IMG/VR virus record: IMGVR_UViG_3300032562_000025
Coordinates: 1 to 58,503 of that record
Strand: one strand, 5' to 3'
DNA length: 58,503 nt
Source of the DNA: a virus
Taxonomy: Duplodnaviria > Caudoviricetes
Shown here piece by piece: positions 1 through 9,559 of this stretch; positions within the stretch are counted from its first letter, which is position 1, and every line of letters begins with the position of its first letter. A model generated the notes under the pieces. It was not told the DNA's origin. It was given only the letters and a program-made list of their open reading frames with translations, and did not search any database. The translations under genes and the position numbers were made by a program.

Positions 1-1794
1 AATGGGAGTGCGGCAAGCGGGAAAACCTACCATGCTGCAAGCTCAGGGATAGCGTCAAATAGCCCATCATACCTTGAGATCTGTAACCTGACCATTCAGA
101 ATATCTTCATCAATACAGGCGGAAATGGTTCAGGGGCAACAGATTACACAGGGTTATTGACAAGGAACATTTTCATTGATGATGGAAGTGGGAGTTACTC
201 GAATGTGAATATCCATAACAATACCCTTAATAATGCCCGAACGGGTATATGGATGGCTTTTGAAGGGATAACCGTATCAGCCGTGAATATCTACAGCAAT
301 ATCATGGTAGATCACGCATGGACAATAATGATAGGCGCTGGTAGTAATAACTCGGTAATATCAGGCGTTGACATCTATAAGAATGAGTTTTCCGACTGGC
401 ATTTGTGGCAGTATCCAACGGCACAATATCACACAGATGGTTTGATTATTTACAGCAATACAGGGGCATCGACATCGCATTACGCCGGGAAGTTTCGAGA
501 CAATTATGCCCATGGCAACCTTGGAGCGGGTAGTCCTTCTGGTTTTATCGGTTCTGGTTGCGGTGGTCAGAATTTTCTTATCTATAATAACCTGTTCGTC
601 TGCAATAACGTAGACGGAGGTGAAACGAAAGGGGCATGTATAGTTGATTACAATGCAGGCCCTACAGGATGCACGGCAGGGCAACCAGTCAACACTACAC
701 TTTATAACAATACAATAATAGGCACGGCAACGCAGGCCAGTGGACAGGCGGGGCACGCTATAAAAGCGGCAAGAGCCGGAATCTACATGACGGTTAAGAA
801 CAACATATTTGTTAATTATTATGTGCCGCTTTATGATATGAACACTGATTTAAGCGGTTTTAGTGGTGCGAACGGCTCAGCAGATTACAATTTATATTAT
901 GGACACACCTATGCCGCCGCCTTTAACGATGGTGGAACTAAAGTATCCATAGCTACGTTTAAATCAACCTATAGCCAGGAGAATCACAGCGTAGCCGCTA
1001 ATCCTTCCATCGACGCAAACTATAAACCCGATGCAGTGGGCGACCCTATTGTGGCAGCAGGGGCAGACTTAACATCATTGGGAATTAATACCGATAAAGA
1101 CGGCAATGCTCGCCCTTCCGGTTCGGCTTGGACAATTGGGGCTTACGAATGGAACACAACTCCCGATACGACCCCACCCGCCTTAGTAACTATGACCGTT
1201 AATGTTTCAGGAACAACCGCCACACTAGTTTTAAATGAAAATGTCACGGTCAACTATGGCACAGGTTTTACCCTTGATTGTAATGGAGGAGTAGGAGAAG
1301 GCCTCTCTTTCGTCAGCGAAACTGTTGGAACCATCCTTTTTAACATCACAGGTAGGGCGATAGATATTGCTGAAAGTTGCACGTTTGGCTACACTACTGT
1401 CACCGATGGCATTGAAGATGCGGCAGGGAATGACCTTGCATCCATTGTGGGCGGGGCAGTAACCAACTCCTCAACCCATACCCCGACAGAAATCACTTAC
1501 ACAGTCACACCCTCAACATCAAAAGGATGTGCAGTGGCACCCGTTACGGCAAAGACGGTAGTCACGGGGACTACAACAACTTTTGCTTGCGCCCCCGATT
1601 ATAATTATACCTGCACAAATTGGACAGGAACGTGCGGTGGATCAGGGACAACCACTTTGACGACCTCGGCAATAACAGCAGACTGTACGGTGATTCAGCC
1701 ATGCAAACAAACGTATCCTGATGTGTCAATATGCGTTGCGGGAAGTTGTGCGACATGGACATTAGGCTCGGGGCCAGTAGTGACATTTCATTAA
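1..1794 (+). CDS. 5'-truncated right-handed beta-helix protein with choice-of-anchor-Q-like, Ig/SwmB-like and B-repeat-like C-terminal domains (tailspike/adhesin-like)
   Basis: Frame 1 is open from base 1 (NGSAASGKTY...). Parallel beta-helix repeats (NIHNNTL, IYNNLF, LYNNTI, VKNNIF), DKDGNARPSGSAWTIGAYE motif, then DTTPP and Thr-rich domains. Confidence 0.75.
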   Translation, partial: NGSAASGKTYHAASSGIASNSPSYLEICNLTIQNIFINTGGNGSGATDYTGLLTRNIFIDDGSGSYSNVNIHNNTLNNARTGIWMAFEGITVSAVNIYSNIMVDHAWTIMIGAGSNNSVISGVDIYKNEFSDWHLWQYPTAQYHTDGLIIYSNTGASTSHYAGKFRDNYAHGNLGAGSPSGFIGSGCGGQNFLIYNNLFVCNNVDGGETKGACIVDYNAGPTGCTAGQPVNTTLYNNTIIGTATQASGQAGHAIKAARAGIYMTVKNNIFVNYYVPLYDMNTDLSGFSGANGSADYNLYYGHTYAAAFNDGGTKVSIATFKSTYSQENHSVAANPSIDANYKPDAVGDPIVAAGADLTSLGINTDKDGNARPSGSAWTIGAYEWNTTPDTTPPALVTMTVNVSGTTATLVLNENVTVNYGTGFTLDCNGGVGEGLSFVSETVGTILFNITGRAIDIAESCTFGYTTVTDGIEDAAGNDLASIVGGAVTNSSTHTPTEITYTVTPSTSKGCAVAPVTAKTVVTGTTTTFACAPDYNYTCTNWTGTCGGSGTTTLTTSAITADCTVIQPCKQTYPDVSICVAGSCATWTLGSGPVVTFH

Positions 1795-1795
1795 A

Positions 1796-2083
1796 ATGGA
1801 GACGACATTGAGTGAAGAGACGACACTGAAATTCAAATTGGTAACTTTGGCAACAATCTCAATCGGGATTCTGAGTGCATGCATGATAGTCGCAGCAATA
1901 TGGATTACAAACATTTCAACCACTCAAGCCGACCTTGCAAAAGTACAAAGTACTCACGGAGAGGACATAGCGACACTTAAACAAAATGATATAAACCAAA
2001 AGGAAGCTCTATCTTATATCGTGAATCGTGTAGACGAAATAAGGAACGACCAGATAAGGCGATACAATCCAAGGAGTAAATAA
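1796..2083 (+). CDS. Single-TM coiled-coil membrane protein (possible holin/lysis accessory)
   Basis: N-terminal hydrophobic helix LVTLATISIGILSACMIVAAIWI followed by a coiled-coil-like segment, located after tail genes. Confidence 0.5.
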   Translation: METTLSEETTLKFKLVTLATISIGILSACMIVAAIWITNISTTQADLAKVQSTHGEDIATLKQNDINQKEALSYIVNRVDEIRNDQIRRYNPRSK

Positions 2084-2232
2084 CATGGGGAAGCAAAGCG
2101 ATTTACCTTATACCTCTGCAAATGTGGAATGTGTTTGTGCCACGGCAAGGAGCGAAAACCTACTCAACAGGATAAAGCCGATATTAAACGTGAGTGGGAG
2201 AATATCCGGTTCATAAAATGGGAGTGTAAATC

Positions 2233-2448
2233 ATGCCAGAGCAAATAATATGTCCACTTTGTAAACAACCCACAGATGGTGTTACGAGTGTAACTGGGAA
2301 TCAGGTATGTTCTAATCCCAATTGCTTAATTAAAGAGTTTGGTATCAGGACGGCCAATGAACAGGAAGCATACGCAAAGACATTTAAGTGGGCAACATTG
2401 AAGAAAGCAACACAGCCGACGGAGGGGAAACCATCGGTATGGAAGTGA
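2233..2448 (+). CDS. Small zinc-ribbon hypothetical protein
   Basis: CPLC...CSNPNC, with an RBS-like GGGAG upstream. Confidence 0.5.
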   Translation: MPEQIICPLCKQPTDGVTSVTGNQVCSNPNCLIKEFGIRTANEQEAYAKTFKWATLKKATQPTEGKPSVWK

Positions 2449-2651
2449 AACGAACTATCAAACATTATTTGTCAGTTGCCCTATTTCTAACCTCAATTTT
2501 GCCCCTCACTGCACTTTTACAGGAGGTAAGGGAGGATAAGACGCAGGCAATGATAAAAATGGATTGTGGGGCATCCTGTGAGCATGAAATTACAGGCTTG
2601 GAGATTCGGGAAGGTGAAATCATCAATAAACTATTGGAGGGAGAGAAATGA
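2439..2651 (+). CDS. Small membrane-anchored protein
   Basis: Basic N-terminus plus hydrophobic stretch YLSVALFLTSILPLTALL. Stop overlaps the next start (ATGA). Confidence 0.45.
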   Translation: MEVKRTIKHYLSVALFLTSILPLTALLQEVREDKTQAMIKMDCGASCEHEITGLEIREGEIINKLLEGEK

Positions 2652-3037
2652 AAGCAATTATCGGTTTGCCAACGGTGGCAAGGGCATCGGTTATGGTTAT
2701 TTTGGCAGTAATGTTGTTGGCGGGATGTGCAGGATTCTCGAACATGGGTGCCAAGGAAGTTATGAAGGTCGAAGAGGCCATTGTGTCCCTTGGACAGTCT
2801 AAGCTCACCGTACCATGCAAAGCGGGAATTATGGCGGGGCTTACCATTGCACCGGATACGAATAAATCAGTTGAAAATTTGGTTAAGGCAATGAATATGC
2901 TGGTTGATCCGAAAGATCCTGAATACATCAAATGCTATGGAGAGGCTCTTTACTTCTCGTTTCTTATTCACGGTGCATCTGATGTCAGCGATAAAATTAT
3001 ATCGAAATTGACTGAGCTTGGGGTGATACTTCCATGA
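2648..3037 (+). CDS. Putative lipoprotein
   Basis: Hydrophobic leader ending in lipobox LLAG-C, with RBS GGAGGGAG. Confidence 0.65.
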   Translation: MKAIIGLPTVARASVMVILAVMLLAGCAGFSNMGAKEVMKVEEAIVSLGQSKLTVPCKAGIMAGLTIAPDTNKSVENLVKAMNMLVDPKDPEYIKCYGEALYFSFLIHGASDVSDKIISKLTELGVILP

Positions 3038-3435
3038 TAACCAAATCAGAGTTTATAACCGATCTGGTCATTGAGTTGATTGACGAAGAGAAGAACATCT
3101 GGAAACTCCACGAACCTCTGATCTATCATAGTGTCCTCGCAAAGTGTTCTATCTGCGTACCAGAGGAGTTTATGACAGACCTTGCCAGTGTGCCGCGTGT
3201 ACCTATTCTGTACTTACGATGGGGGAACCGAGCCCATAGAGAAGCCGTCATTCATGATTACCTTTACTGTATTAATTCAGAGCCTGTCGTCACATTTGAC
3301 CAAGCTAACGATATTTTCAAAGAGGCCATGATTTCAAGAGGGAAGCCGGAAGATATTGTCGGGCCAATGTATGAAGGGGTTTGTGTCGGGGGTAAGTCAC
3401 ATTTTCATAAACGATACGTGGAGGATAAGCTATGA
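3034..3435 (+). CDS. DUF1353 family protein
   Basis: VPEEFMTDLASVPR, AVIHDYLY and ANDIFKEAM motifs typical of DUF1353. Confidence 0.85.
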   Translation: MITKSEFITDLVIELIDEEKNIWKLHEPLIYHSVLAKCSICVPEEFMTDLASVPRVPILYLRWGNRAHREAVIHDYLYCINSEPVVTFDQANDIFKEAMISRGKPEDIVGPMYEGVCVGGKSHFHKRYVEDKL

Positions 3436-3584
3436 AGTTTGATAACAACACCATTGCCCTTATCGGCCTGCTTATCATAGCCTTTGCATCGTTGTTCGCT
3501 ATGCCTGCTATTTCAGAAAAGGTTATCACGCTGATTGCTGGTGGAATAATTGGGTTTATGGCGAAGGAGAAAGGATCAGAGTAG
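3432..3584 (+). CDS. 50-aa two-TM membrane protein (holin-like), not in the ORF track
   Basis: MKFDNNTIALIGLLIIAFASLFAMPAISEKVITLIAGGIIGFMAKEKGSE, with RBS GAGGA and ATGA coupling to DUF1353. Confidence 0.6.
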   Translation: MKFDNNTIALIGLLIIAFASLFAMPAISEKVITLIAGGIIGFMAKEKGSE

Positions 3585-3600
3585 TTATATATTTATAATT

Positions 3601-3646
3601 AGAGGTAACGTAATTTTTACGTTAATAATATAATTACGTTACCTCT
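3601..3646. terminator. Perfect 15-bp inverted repeat between the convergent arms (bidirectional terminator), containing a CGTAA-N3-TTACG site
   Basis: agaggtaacgtaatt (3601-3615) pairs with aattacgttacctct (3632-3646). Confidence 0.65.
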
Positions 3647-3664
3647 TTAACTTAATTTATTACT

Positions 3665-4297
3665 TTACTGGATTTGATAAAACTTAATAATAAATTGTGG
3701 ATTTGCCGTTGATGTATGATAACCTGGCAATACCGCCAGCGCACCAGTCGAACCACCATTCGCATATTGTTCTGACGATCCCCCGCTTAATCCTCCGCCA
3801 ATACCGCCCGTTGTCACGCTGTCCTTAAACTGGACAACATACCTGATATTGCCCTTCAAACCCTGTGCCTTGTCAATGAGTGTTTTCTCAAGATCTTCAA
3901 GTCGTATCCGTGATAGGAATGAACCACTATATATGGCGAGGACCTTCACGACCACATCCTTCTTGTAATCAAGCGGGATAAGGGCAGGGTTGGCGAACTT
4001 TGGAAGGGTCGTATAATCGCCGATTCTACCATTAAGAAGGATAGGAAGTTCAATGGGAGTTATATTTGGAGTTGTCAGCAATGGCCTGTCTGTGACTACT
4101 GACACGCCAGTATTGTTGTTCATGGGTGCATTGATACCCTGCACCTGTCCTTGAAGTTGCCCCTGTTGCTGACCCTGCGTTTGTGCCTGTAGGCTTGTGA
4201 CTGTGATTTTTGCCGGTTCATTGCACTGCTGATTCGCAAATACCGGACTTGCCATTAATACCAATACTAATGCTACCATTACTAAGTTCTTTCTCAT
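3665..4297 (-). CDS. Secreted/periplasmic protein with signal peptide and Q/G-rich segment
   Basis: MRKNLVMVALVLVLMASPVFA-NQQ, QGQQQGQLQGQVQG, RBS AGGAGG before ATG 4297. Confidence 0.7.
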   Translation of the reverse strand: MRKNLVMVALVLVLMASPVFANQQCNEPAKITVTSLQAQTQGQQQGQLQGQVQGINAPMNNNTGVSVVTDRPLLTTPNITPIELPILLNGRIGDYTTLPKFANPALIPLDYKKDVVVKVLAIYSGSFLSRIRLEDLEKTLIDKAQGLKGNIRYVVQFKDSVTTGGIGGGLSGGSSEQYANGGSTGALAVLPGYHTSTANPQFIIKFYQIQ

Positions 4298-4359
4298 TTT
4301 GTTACCTCCTTTTATTTTGATATATACAACTCTTGTTTTCCCAAATTGTCTTGAATGAG

Positions 4360-4851
4360 TCATTCTCCCTCCATCCCTTTAATCAGCATTAACAACGCTG
4401 GTGATTTGATTGTGCCGGTCAAGTTGCAATTATTACATTTTTGACGGTCTGGATTCCATTGTGCGATAGGGCATTTGATTAGGCCCCATTCCTGATGATC
4501 ATAGAGATATTGCAGGAAGTTATCGGCTTGAAGTTGAGCGTTTACAACCATTGTGGCATTTTCTTCTCTCTCCCAAATTTCATAGGCAGTTTGTCTTAAA
4601 TATTTATCCCACACTTCCGGCATCTGCTCAACAATCTTGTCGATGGTATCGTAGGATAGGCGGGAGCCAGTGAAGGGATTGTATTGAGCAGTATGCAGAG
4701 GATACGGAGTATTTGAACAATTTTTTAGTGTTCTAACACCACATGAGCAATATCTAAATTCTATTCCATCAATATCAGTTTCATATCTATCCCACTCATG
4801 CCAGCACATCCCCAGCAACTTCGCCATAAATTCTGCTTTCCAGTCGTTCAT
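4360..4851 (-). CDS. Hypothetical Cys-rich protein
   Basis: RBS AGGAGGA before ATG 4851. CWHEW, CSC, CP..CNNC. Confidence 0.6.
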   Translation of the reverse strand: MNDWKAEFMAKLLGMCWHEWDRYETDIDGIEFRYCSCGVRTLKNCSNTPYPLHTAQYNPFTGSRLSYDTIDKIVEQMPEVWDKYLRQTAYEIWEREENATMVVNAQLQADNFLQYLYDHQEWGLIKCPIAQWNPDRQKCNNCNLTGTIKSPALLMLIKGMEGE

Positions 4852-4894
4852 AATCCTCCTTGAAAGGGTAGGGACAGGCACGTCGTGACTTGTT

Positions 4895-4922
4895 TTTCCT
4901 TGCTCAAGGGATGACCACACGT
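4895..4922. repeat. 28-bp repeat copy 1 (copy 2 at 18426-18453)
   Basis: tttccttgctcaagggatgaccacacgt vs tttccttgctcaagggaagaccatacgt, 26/28 identical. Confidence 0.8.
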
Positions 4923-4953
4923 CTTAGTTATGCGTTTCGCCCTACCCATTTTA

Positions 4954-5178
4954 TTATTTTCTTTTTGTGCAGGAACACGGTCTGTAAAAACAGATATGTC
5001 CTCCTTTTGTGTATGGTTTACTCTTGAAACTCCCCTTTCCATAACAGAAATGACAATTAGGGTTTGGCTCTTTGTCAAGTTCCGTCATTGAATGATCTAC
5101 TTGATTGAGCAACTCCTCAAATGTCTCTTCTACTTCTTTACTCTGGAATGTGTGGATGTGCCCGCTCTGATCGTCCAT
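4954..5178 (-). CDS. Small zinc-finger protein (CxxCxGxG)
   Basis: CHFCYGKG...RPCSC, RBS AGGAGG. Confidence 0.55.
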   Translation of the reverse strand: MDDQSGHIHTFQSKEVEETFEELLNQVDHSMTELDKEPNPNCHFCYGKGSFKSKPYTKGGHICFYRPCSCTKRK

Positions 5179-5179
5179 T

Positions 5180-5386
5180 CTATTCCTCCTTTAAAATCCC
5201 ATCGGTCAGCAACATTGCCTCATCATTATGCTCTGGGTGATTATCTATAATGTGATTTGCCATTTTCAGCCACCCAGACCGTCTTTTACCTTTCTTGGTT
5301 GTATACCATATGGGAGTTGTAAATACACAATATTTACAATGGATTATCCCTCTCGTAAACATATTCCCTCCTTCATCCACTTCCAA
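5180..5386 (-). CDS. Small C2H2-like zinc-binding protein (start may be internal MFTRG)
   Basis: HCKYC...NHIIDNH. Confidence 0.45.
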   Translation of the reverse strand: MEVDEGGNMFTRGIIHCKYCVFTTPIWYTTKKGKRRSGWLKMANHIIDNHPEHNDEAMLLTDGILKEE

Positions 5387-5569
5387 GCTGGATGTTCAAT
5401 TTTGCCTTGACTACATTTTACATCCAACCACTTAAAAGTTTAATAGCTTTCTTTCTAAACTTAAGTAAGTCCCAACCAGCATAGTCATCCTCGCACTTAT
5501 CAAATTTCCAGGTCAGCCATCCAAGTTGTCTATTAAATTCCCTTTTAATCTCAACCATTTTAAACCTCC

Positions 5570-6823
5570 TCATTTATTTTTATGCTTTTCATTATATTCA
5601 TCAGTCAATTTAACATAAAAGTCAGCATTATAAAACCACACACCACCTTCACCCTTCGGCCCAATAAACTGTTTAACAACACGCCCAGTTCGAGTTACCG
5701 TATTCATTACGTTATCAAATTTACTTGAATCCAAATCCCTCCAAGTCATGTCAATTAATTCCTTTTCATTAATTGCTTTTCTCAAATTCATTATCTGAAA
5801 TATTGTATCAATCTCTGAAGTTACTTCAGATTTACCAACAGCACGAAAGACATTGACCATATCAACTTCAATTTCTTCAATCAATTGAATTGATTCTTGA
5901 ATATAATCCCATTCCATACTTAACTTGCTTGTTTTTGCTGCTCCACAAACTTGAGCAACTTTCAATATGTAAGATGGTTTCCTTGAATACCAACCATTGA
6001 ATGTTGGATCTTTACATAAACGATCAGGATTATCTTCCTCATATTCATTATACCAATTATCCCACTTTTCACCTGAATCCTTAGAAAATTCATAATTTCC
6101 TACCATTCTTGAAATCACAAATAAGTCATCAATTAAATGTGCTTCCAATTTTTGAATTTCCTTACTATTTACCGGCCTCGAACATTTCTTATATTTTTGT
6201 GTAGCCCAGATGAATAATATTCTACTTGTCAAACCACCACCAATTGCTGAACTTGGAAAACATGAAGCAACTGAATCTGGTGTTGTAGCTGCAATTAAAT
6301 TTAAGAAAGGTGATGGAATCTTATTCGAACCTGAATGTTTTGTTCTGTACTTCCATGGAATTTCCTTTGAATCAAATAAATCAGTAAGCAAGACAAGCAT
6401 TTTTGTATTTTCCTTTTTCTGACCTAAAAATGATTCAAATTCCCTTGAGACGATGTTCAATGAAGAATGTCTAAATAATGTCCCATCTGGCATTTGTTCA
6501 TCAGTTGCTGATGTTTCCAAATCGTCGAGCAATGCTTCCTTCGATGTTGCATCTGCTGACTGAACCAACTCGGTTATGTTTGACATTATCTTAACACCAA
6601 AATCAATAGCTTGGCTCTTACGAGCCCGACCTGGTTCAGCAACAAATACTAAGTAAAGATTTGGATAAACACGCAATCGGCCCAAATTTAAGCAAATTTT
6701 TTTTCTCAATGCTCCAGCAATTACTGAAATTCCTGTCCATTTTTGAAATAACCTTGCTGGTTCGGTGTCCTCAGTATATTGCATATATGTTTTAAGCCAA
6801 TCCTTCAACTTACGATCAGCCAT
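5570..6823 (-). CDS. DUF3987/YfjI-like P-loop ATPase, putative replicative helicase
   Basis: YPNLYLVFVAEPGRARKS (Walker A variant), SREFESFL, LLTDLFD, IGGGLTSRILF. Lies downstream of PolA. Confidence 0.7.
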   Translation of the reverse strand: MADRKLKDWLKTYMQYTEDTEPARLFQKWTGISVIAGALRKKICLNLGRLRVYPNLYLVFVAEPGRARKSQAIDFGVKIMSNITELVQSADATSKEALLDDLETSATDEQMPDGTLFRHSSLNIVSREFESFLGQKKENTKMLVLLTDLFDSKEIPWKYRTKHSGSNKIPSPFLNLIAATTPDSVASCFPSSAIGGGLTSRILFIWATQKYKKCSRPVNSKEIQKLEAHLIDDLFVISRMVGNYEFSKDSGEKWDNWYNEYEEDNPDRLCKDPTFNGWYSRKPSYILKVAQVCGAAKTSKLSMEWDYIQESIQLIEEIEVDMVNVFRAVGKSEVTSEIDTIFQIMNLRKAINEKELIDMTWRDLDSSKFDNVMNTVTRTGRVVKQFIGPKGEGGVWFYNADFYVKLTDEYNEKHKNK

Positions 6824-7178
6824 TGATAATATCCCTGACCATTTGGTTTGAAATTAAACTTGACTTTGGTATTATTGGTATATTTAATTCATTTGCTAAC
6901 TTAATTTCGTCTTTCATTCCATTGGATATACACTCACCATATAACCATATTTCATCAATTATTCCTCGCTTAAATAATTCCTTACTATTTGCAATTCCTC
7001 TCATTCGTTCTCTCTTATTATCATCATTTAAGGCTAAGCAATCACTAATGTAAGGTGCATATGGAATAACATTATTAATTATTATATTTATATTTCTTAT
7101 AATATTTAATATTTTAGCTATATTATCTTCAACATTTCCACTTATCGGGTGAGCTATAAATACAACTTTAACTGACAT
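6816..7178 (-). CDS. DUF4406-like (nucleoside deoxyribosyltransferase-fold) protein
   Basis: VFIAHPISG...DEIWLYGECISNGMKDEIKLANELNIPI. Confidence 0.7.
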   Translation of the reverse strand: MSVKVVFIAHPISGNVEDNIAKILNIIRNINIIINNVIPYAPYISDCLALNDDNKRERMRGIANSKELFKRGIIDEIWLYGECISNGMKDEIKLANELNIPIIPKSSLISNQMVRDIING

Positions 7179-9558
7179 AATCTACCTCCCTTAAATCCTT
7201 CCAATTGTAACCGTATTTAAAATCAGAATCGACAATCATTTCTTCATGATTAACCATTATGACTTCCCTCATATGCTTCCTTAAATAATGCATCGCTTCG
7301 TACATTGTATCGTCAGTATCCTTAACCAAGACATAAACTGCATCATGCAATTGAAGCCATAAATGAATTAAGTCCACAATTTCATTATCTTCATACATTC
7401 TTACAATTGAACGATTCATTAAGTCACCAATCGTTGACTGTGGCTTGTATGAAAAGGCAGACTTAAATAATGAATCTCCCCATCTTTCTAAAAACCGATG
7501 CTGTCTTCCAAATAAATTAGCTAACGTTCGTGTTTGTCTCAATTCCTCAATAATTGAAGCTTGCCAAATTTTAAGTAATGGATTAGCAATATCATCCCTT
7601 TTTAATAATGACCTTGCCTCACCCAATGAGCAACCCAAGTGATCGGACAACGTCCCAGGCCCCATATCATAATTCCTTGCATGACGGATTGTTTTTCCCA
7701 CTTTCCTCATCTTCGGAGTTACATCATTTATATCTACACTGAATAAATCGGCTGCCTTCAAAATATGAACGTCCCATTCCTTATGCTTTTTACGCTCAGA
7801 AGTGGTTTTCCCAAATGATTCCTTAAACACCGAAATCATCCTTCGATCATTACTTAAATAAGCAACAACAACTGCTTCAGCTTGAATATAATCTGAAGTG
7901 ATGATTCTAAATCCCTTAGGTGCAATATACATTGATCTCGTGATTTCAGGAATGTTCTGCAAATTACCCGAACCGAAGGGAAGGATTATTGATTCAGATG
8001 AAGACCATCTTCCAAATGACTTCCTTCCTTCATCATCTTCATCCTTTGAATCAATTTTCTTACCTGTTATATTATACGAAGTATGAACCTTACCTTCAGG
8101 GCTTATATCAACATTAAGAAAGTTCAATAAGGTAAGGTTTTTCTTATGCTCAAGGATTAATGTAAATCCTGGATTATCCTTAACTGTCCGTTCCAAATAT
8201 TTAAGTGCATTTTTATCTGTGGTTATTTTTCGCTCATCACTTGCCTTCTTCCTTCGTTTATACTGAGTTGGTATATTAAGATCAGTATATAATAATTGTT
8301 GTAATTGTTTACTTGAACGATAATTAATTTTCTTCCCGAATAATTCCTCCAATCCTTTTTCAGTACTTTCAATAATTCCTTCAACTTCCTTAAGCAATCG
8401 TAAGCGTTCATCTTCATCAATCAATGTCCCTTGCAATTGAAGCATCATCGCTGGAGGTAATTGGCGCATTTCCCAATTATAAACATCCGTTTGATTAACT
8501 TCATTTAACTTTTTACTAAGCACATCAGCAATTCCATACATATTACAAACGTCACAAGCATTGTAATAAGATGGATGCTGAGTGTTGAAATGTTTCCAAG
8601 GTGGAACATCCAAACAAATTGAAGCCAAAAAACCCAAATCCCTTGGAAGTTCAGGCCATACGATATGAGCTGCAATTAATGTATCCATATGAATTCGCTT
8701 AATATGAATACCATGATTAAGCATTGTAACGATTGCATCGTAAGATGCGTTCTGAATGATGATTTCCTTTTCCTCAAGGACACGAGCAATCCAATACCAT
8801 AATTCAAACTCATCATTTTCAGGATAACAAGGAGACATTCCTCGCATTATCCAAGTTGACATTGCGTAATTCCTTGAATGGCCAAGGCCAATAATTGAGA
8901 TATGACTTCCTGGCTGAACGGTTTCAACGTCCAAGCCAATGACTTTCTTACCAGGGTCAATTAAGATTTCCCTACAATAATTAATAAATTGTTCCCTTGA
9001 TGCATCAGGGATAATTATTCGATTATCAACTGGCATTTGTGGATGCTTTGAGTGGAATTTTGCTTTCTTTAAATCCATAAGTGTTGGGAAGAAATTCTTA
9101 AACTCACGATTGATATTACTTGGATGATATGTGCATATAACCTTTTGGCCTTGAACTAAGTTTGAAGGAATGGTATATCCCCTAAACTTACTTATTGCTT
9201 TTTCACCAGTTAATGCCCACAACGCATATGATCCTAAGCCAATAACAACATTAGGCTTATTCCTTTCAATGTCTTCCTTCAATTCCTGAATCCATCCGCT
9301 TAATTCAGGTTTGGGCATGGTACATTCCTTATCAAGAAAATATTGATCCATCCTGTTGAATTGAGGTCGCTTCCTTGCCACGTTGACAATCAAACATTCA
9401 GCTCGATTAATCCCCGCTTGACTCAATAACCAGTTTAATGTTTTACCTGAAACTCCATTGTTTGAAAATGGCAAACCTTCCCTATCTTCATTTTCACCTG
9501 GAGCTTCGCCCACTATCATTATCTTTGAATGTTTTGGGCCAGTTAAACCAACGTACAT
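7168..9558 (-). CDS. polA: Family A DNA polymerase with N-terminal uracil-DNA glycosylase (family 4-like) and 3'-5' exonuclease domains
   Basis: UDG VGEAPGENEDREGLPF and TYHPS. Exo LDVET/QNASYD/YNACD. Pol motifs SDYIQAE, RKVGKTIRHARNY, LQLHDAV. RBS AAGGAG before ATG 9558. Confidence 0.92.
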   Translation of the reverse strand: MYVGLTGPKHSKIMIVGEAPGENEDREGLPFSNNGVSGKTLNWLLSQAGINRAECLIVNVARKRPQFNRMDQYFLDKECTMPKPELSGWIQELKEDIERNKPNVVIGLGSYALWALTGEKAISKFRGYTIPSNLVQGQKVICTYHPSNINREFKNFFPTLMDLKKAKFHSKHPQMPVDNRIIIPDASREQFINYCREILIDPGKKVIGLDVETVQPGSHISIIGLGHSRNYAMSTWIMRGMSPCYPENDEFELWYWIARVLEEKEIIIQNASYDAIVTMLNHGIHIKRIHMDTLIAAHIVWPELPRDLGFLASICLDVPPWKHFNTQHPSYYNACDVCNMYGIADVLSKKLNEVNQTDVYNWEMRQLPPAMMLQLQGTLIDEDERLRLLKEVEGIIESTEKGLEELFGKKINYRSSKQLQQLLYTDLNIPTQYKRRKKASDERKITTDKNALKYLERTVKDNPGFTLILEHKKNLTLLNFLNVDISPEGKVHTSYNITGKKIDSKDEDDEGRKSFGRWSSSESIILPFGSGNLQNIPEITRSMYIAPKGFRIITSDYIQAEAVVVAYLSNDRRMISVFKESFGKTTSERKKHKEWDVHILKAADLFSVDINDVTPKMRKVGKTIRHARNYDMGPGTLSDHLGCSLGEARSLLKRDDIANPLLKIWQASIIEELRQTRTLANLFGRQHRFLERWGDSLFKSAFSYKPQSTIGDLMNRSIVRMYEDNEIVDLIHLWLQLHDAVYVLVKDTDDTMYEAMHYLRKHMREVIMVNHEEMIVDSDFKYGYNWKDLREVDYVS

Positions 9559-9559
9559 T

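Noticed and set aside
3601-3646. dif/Xer site or protelomerase target
   Set aside because: It does not match the dif consensus and no recombinase or protelomerase was recognised. A terminator plus motif explains it.
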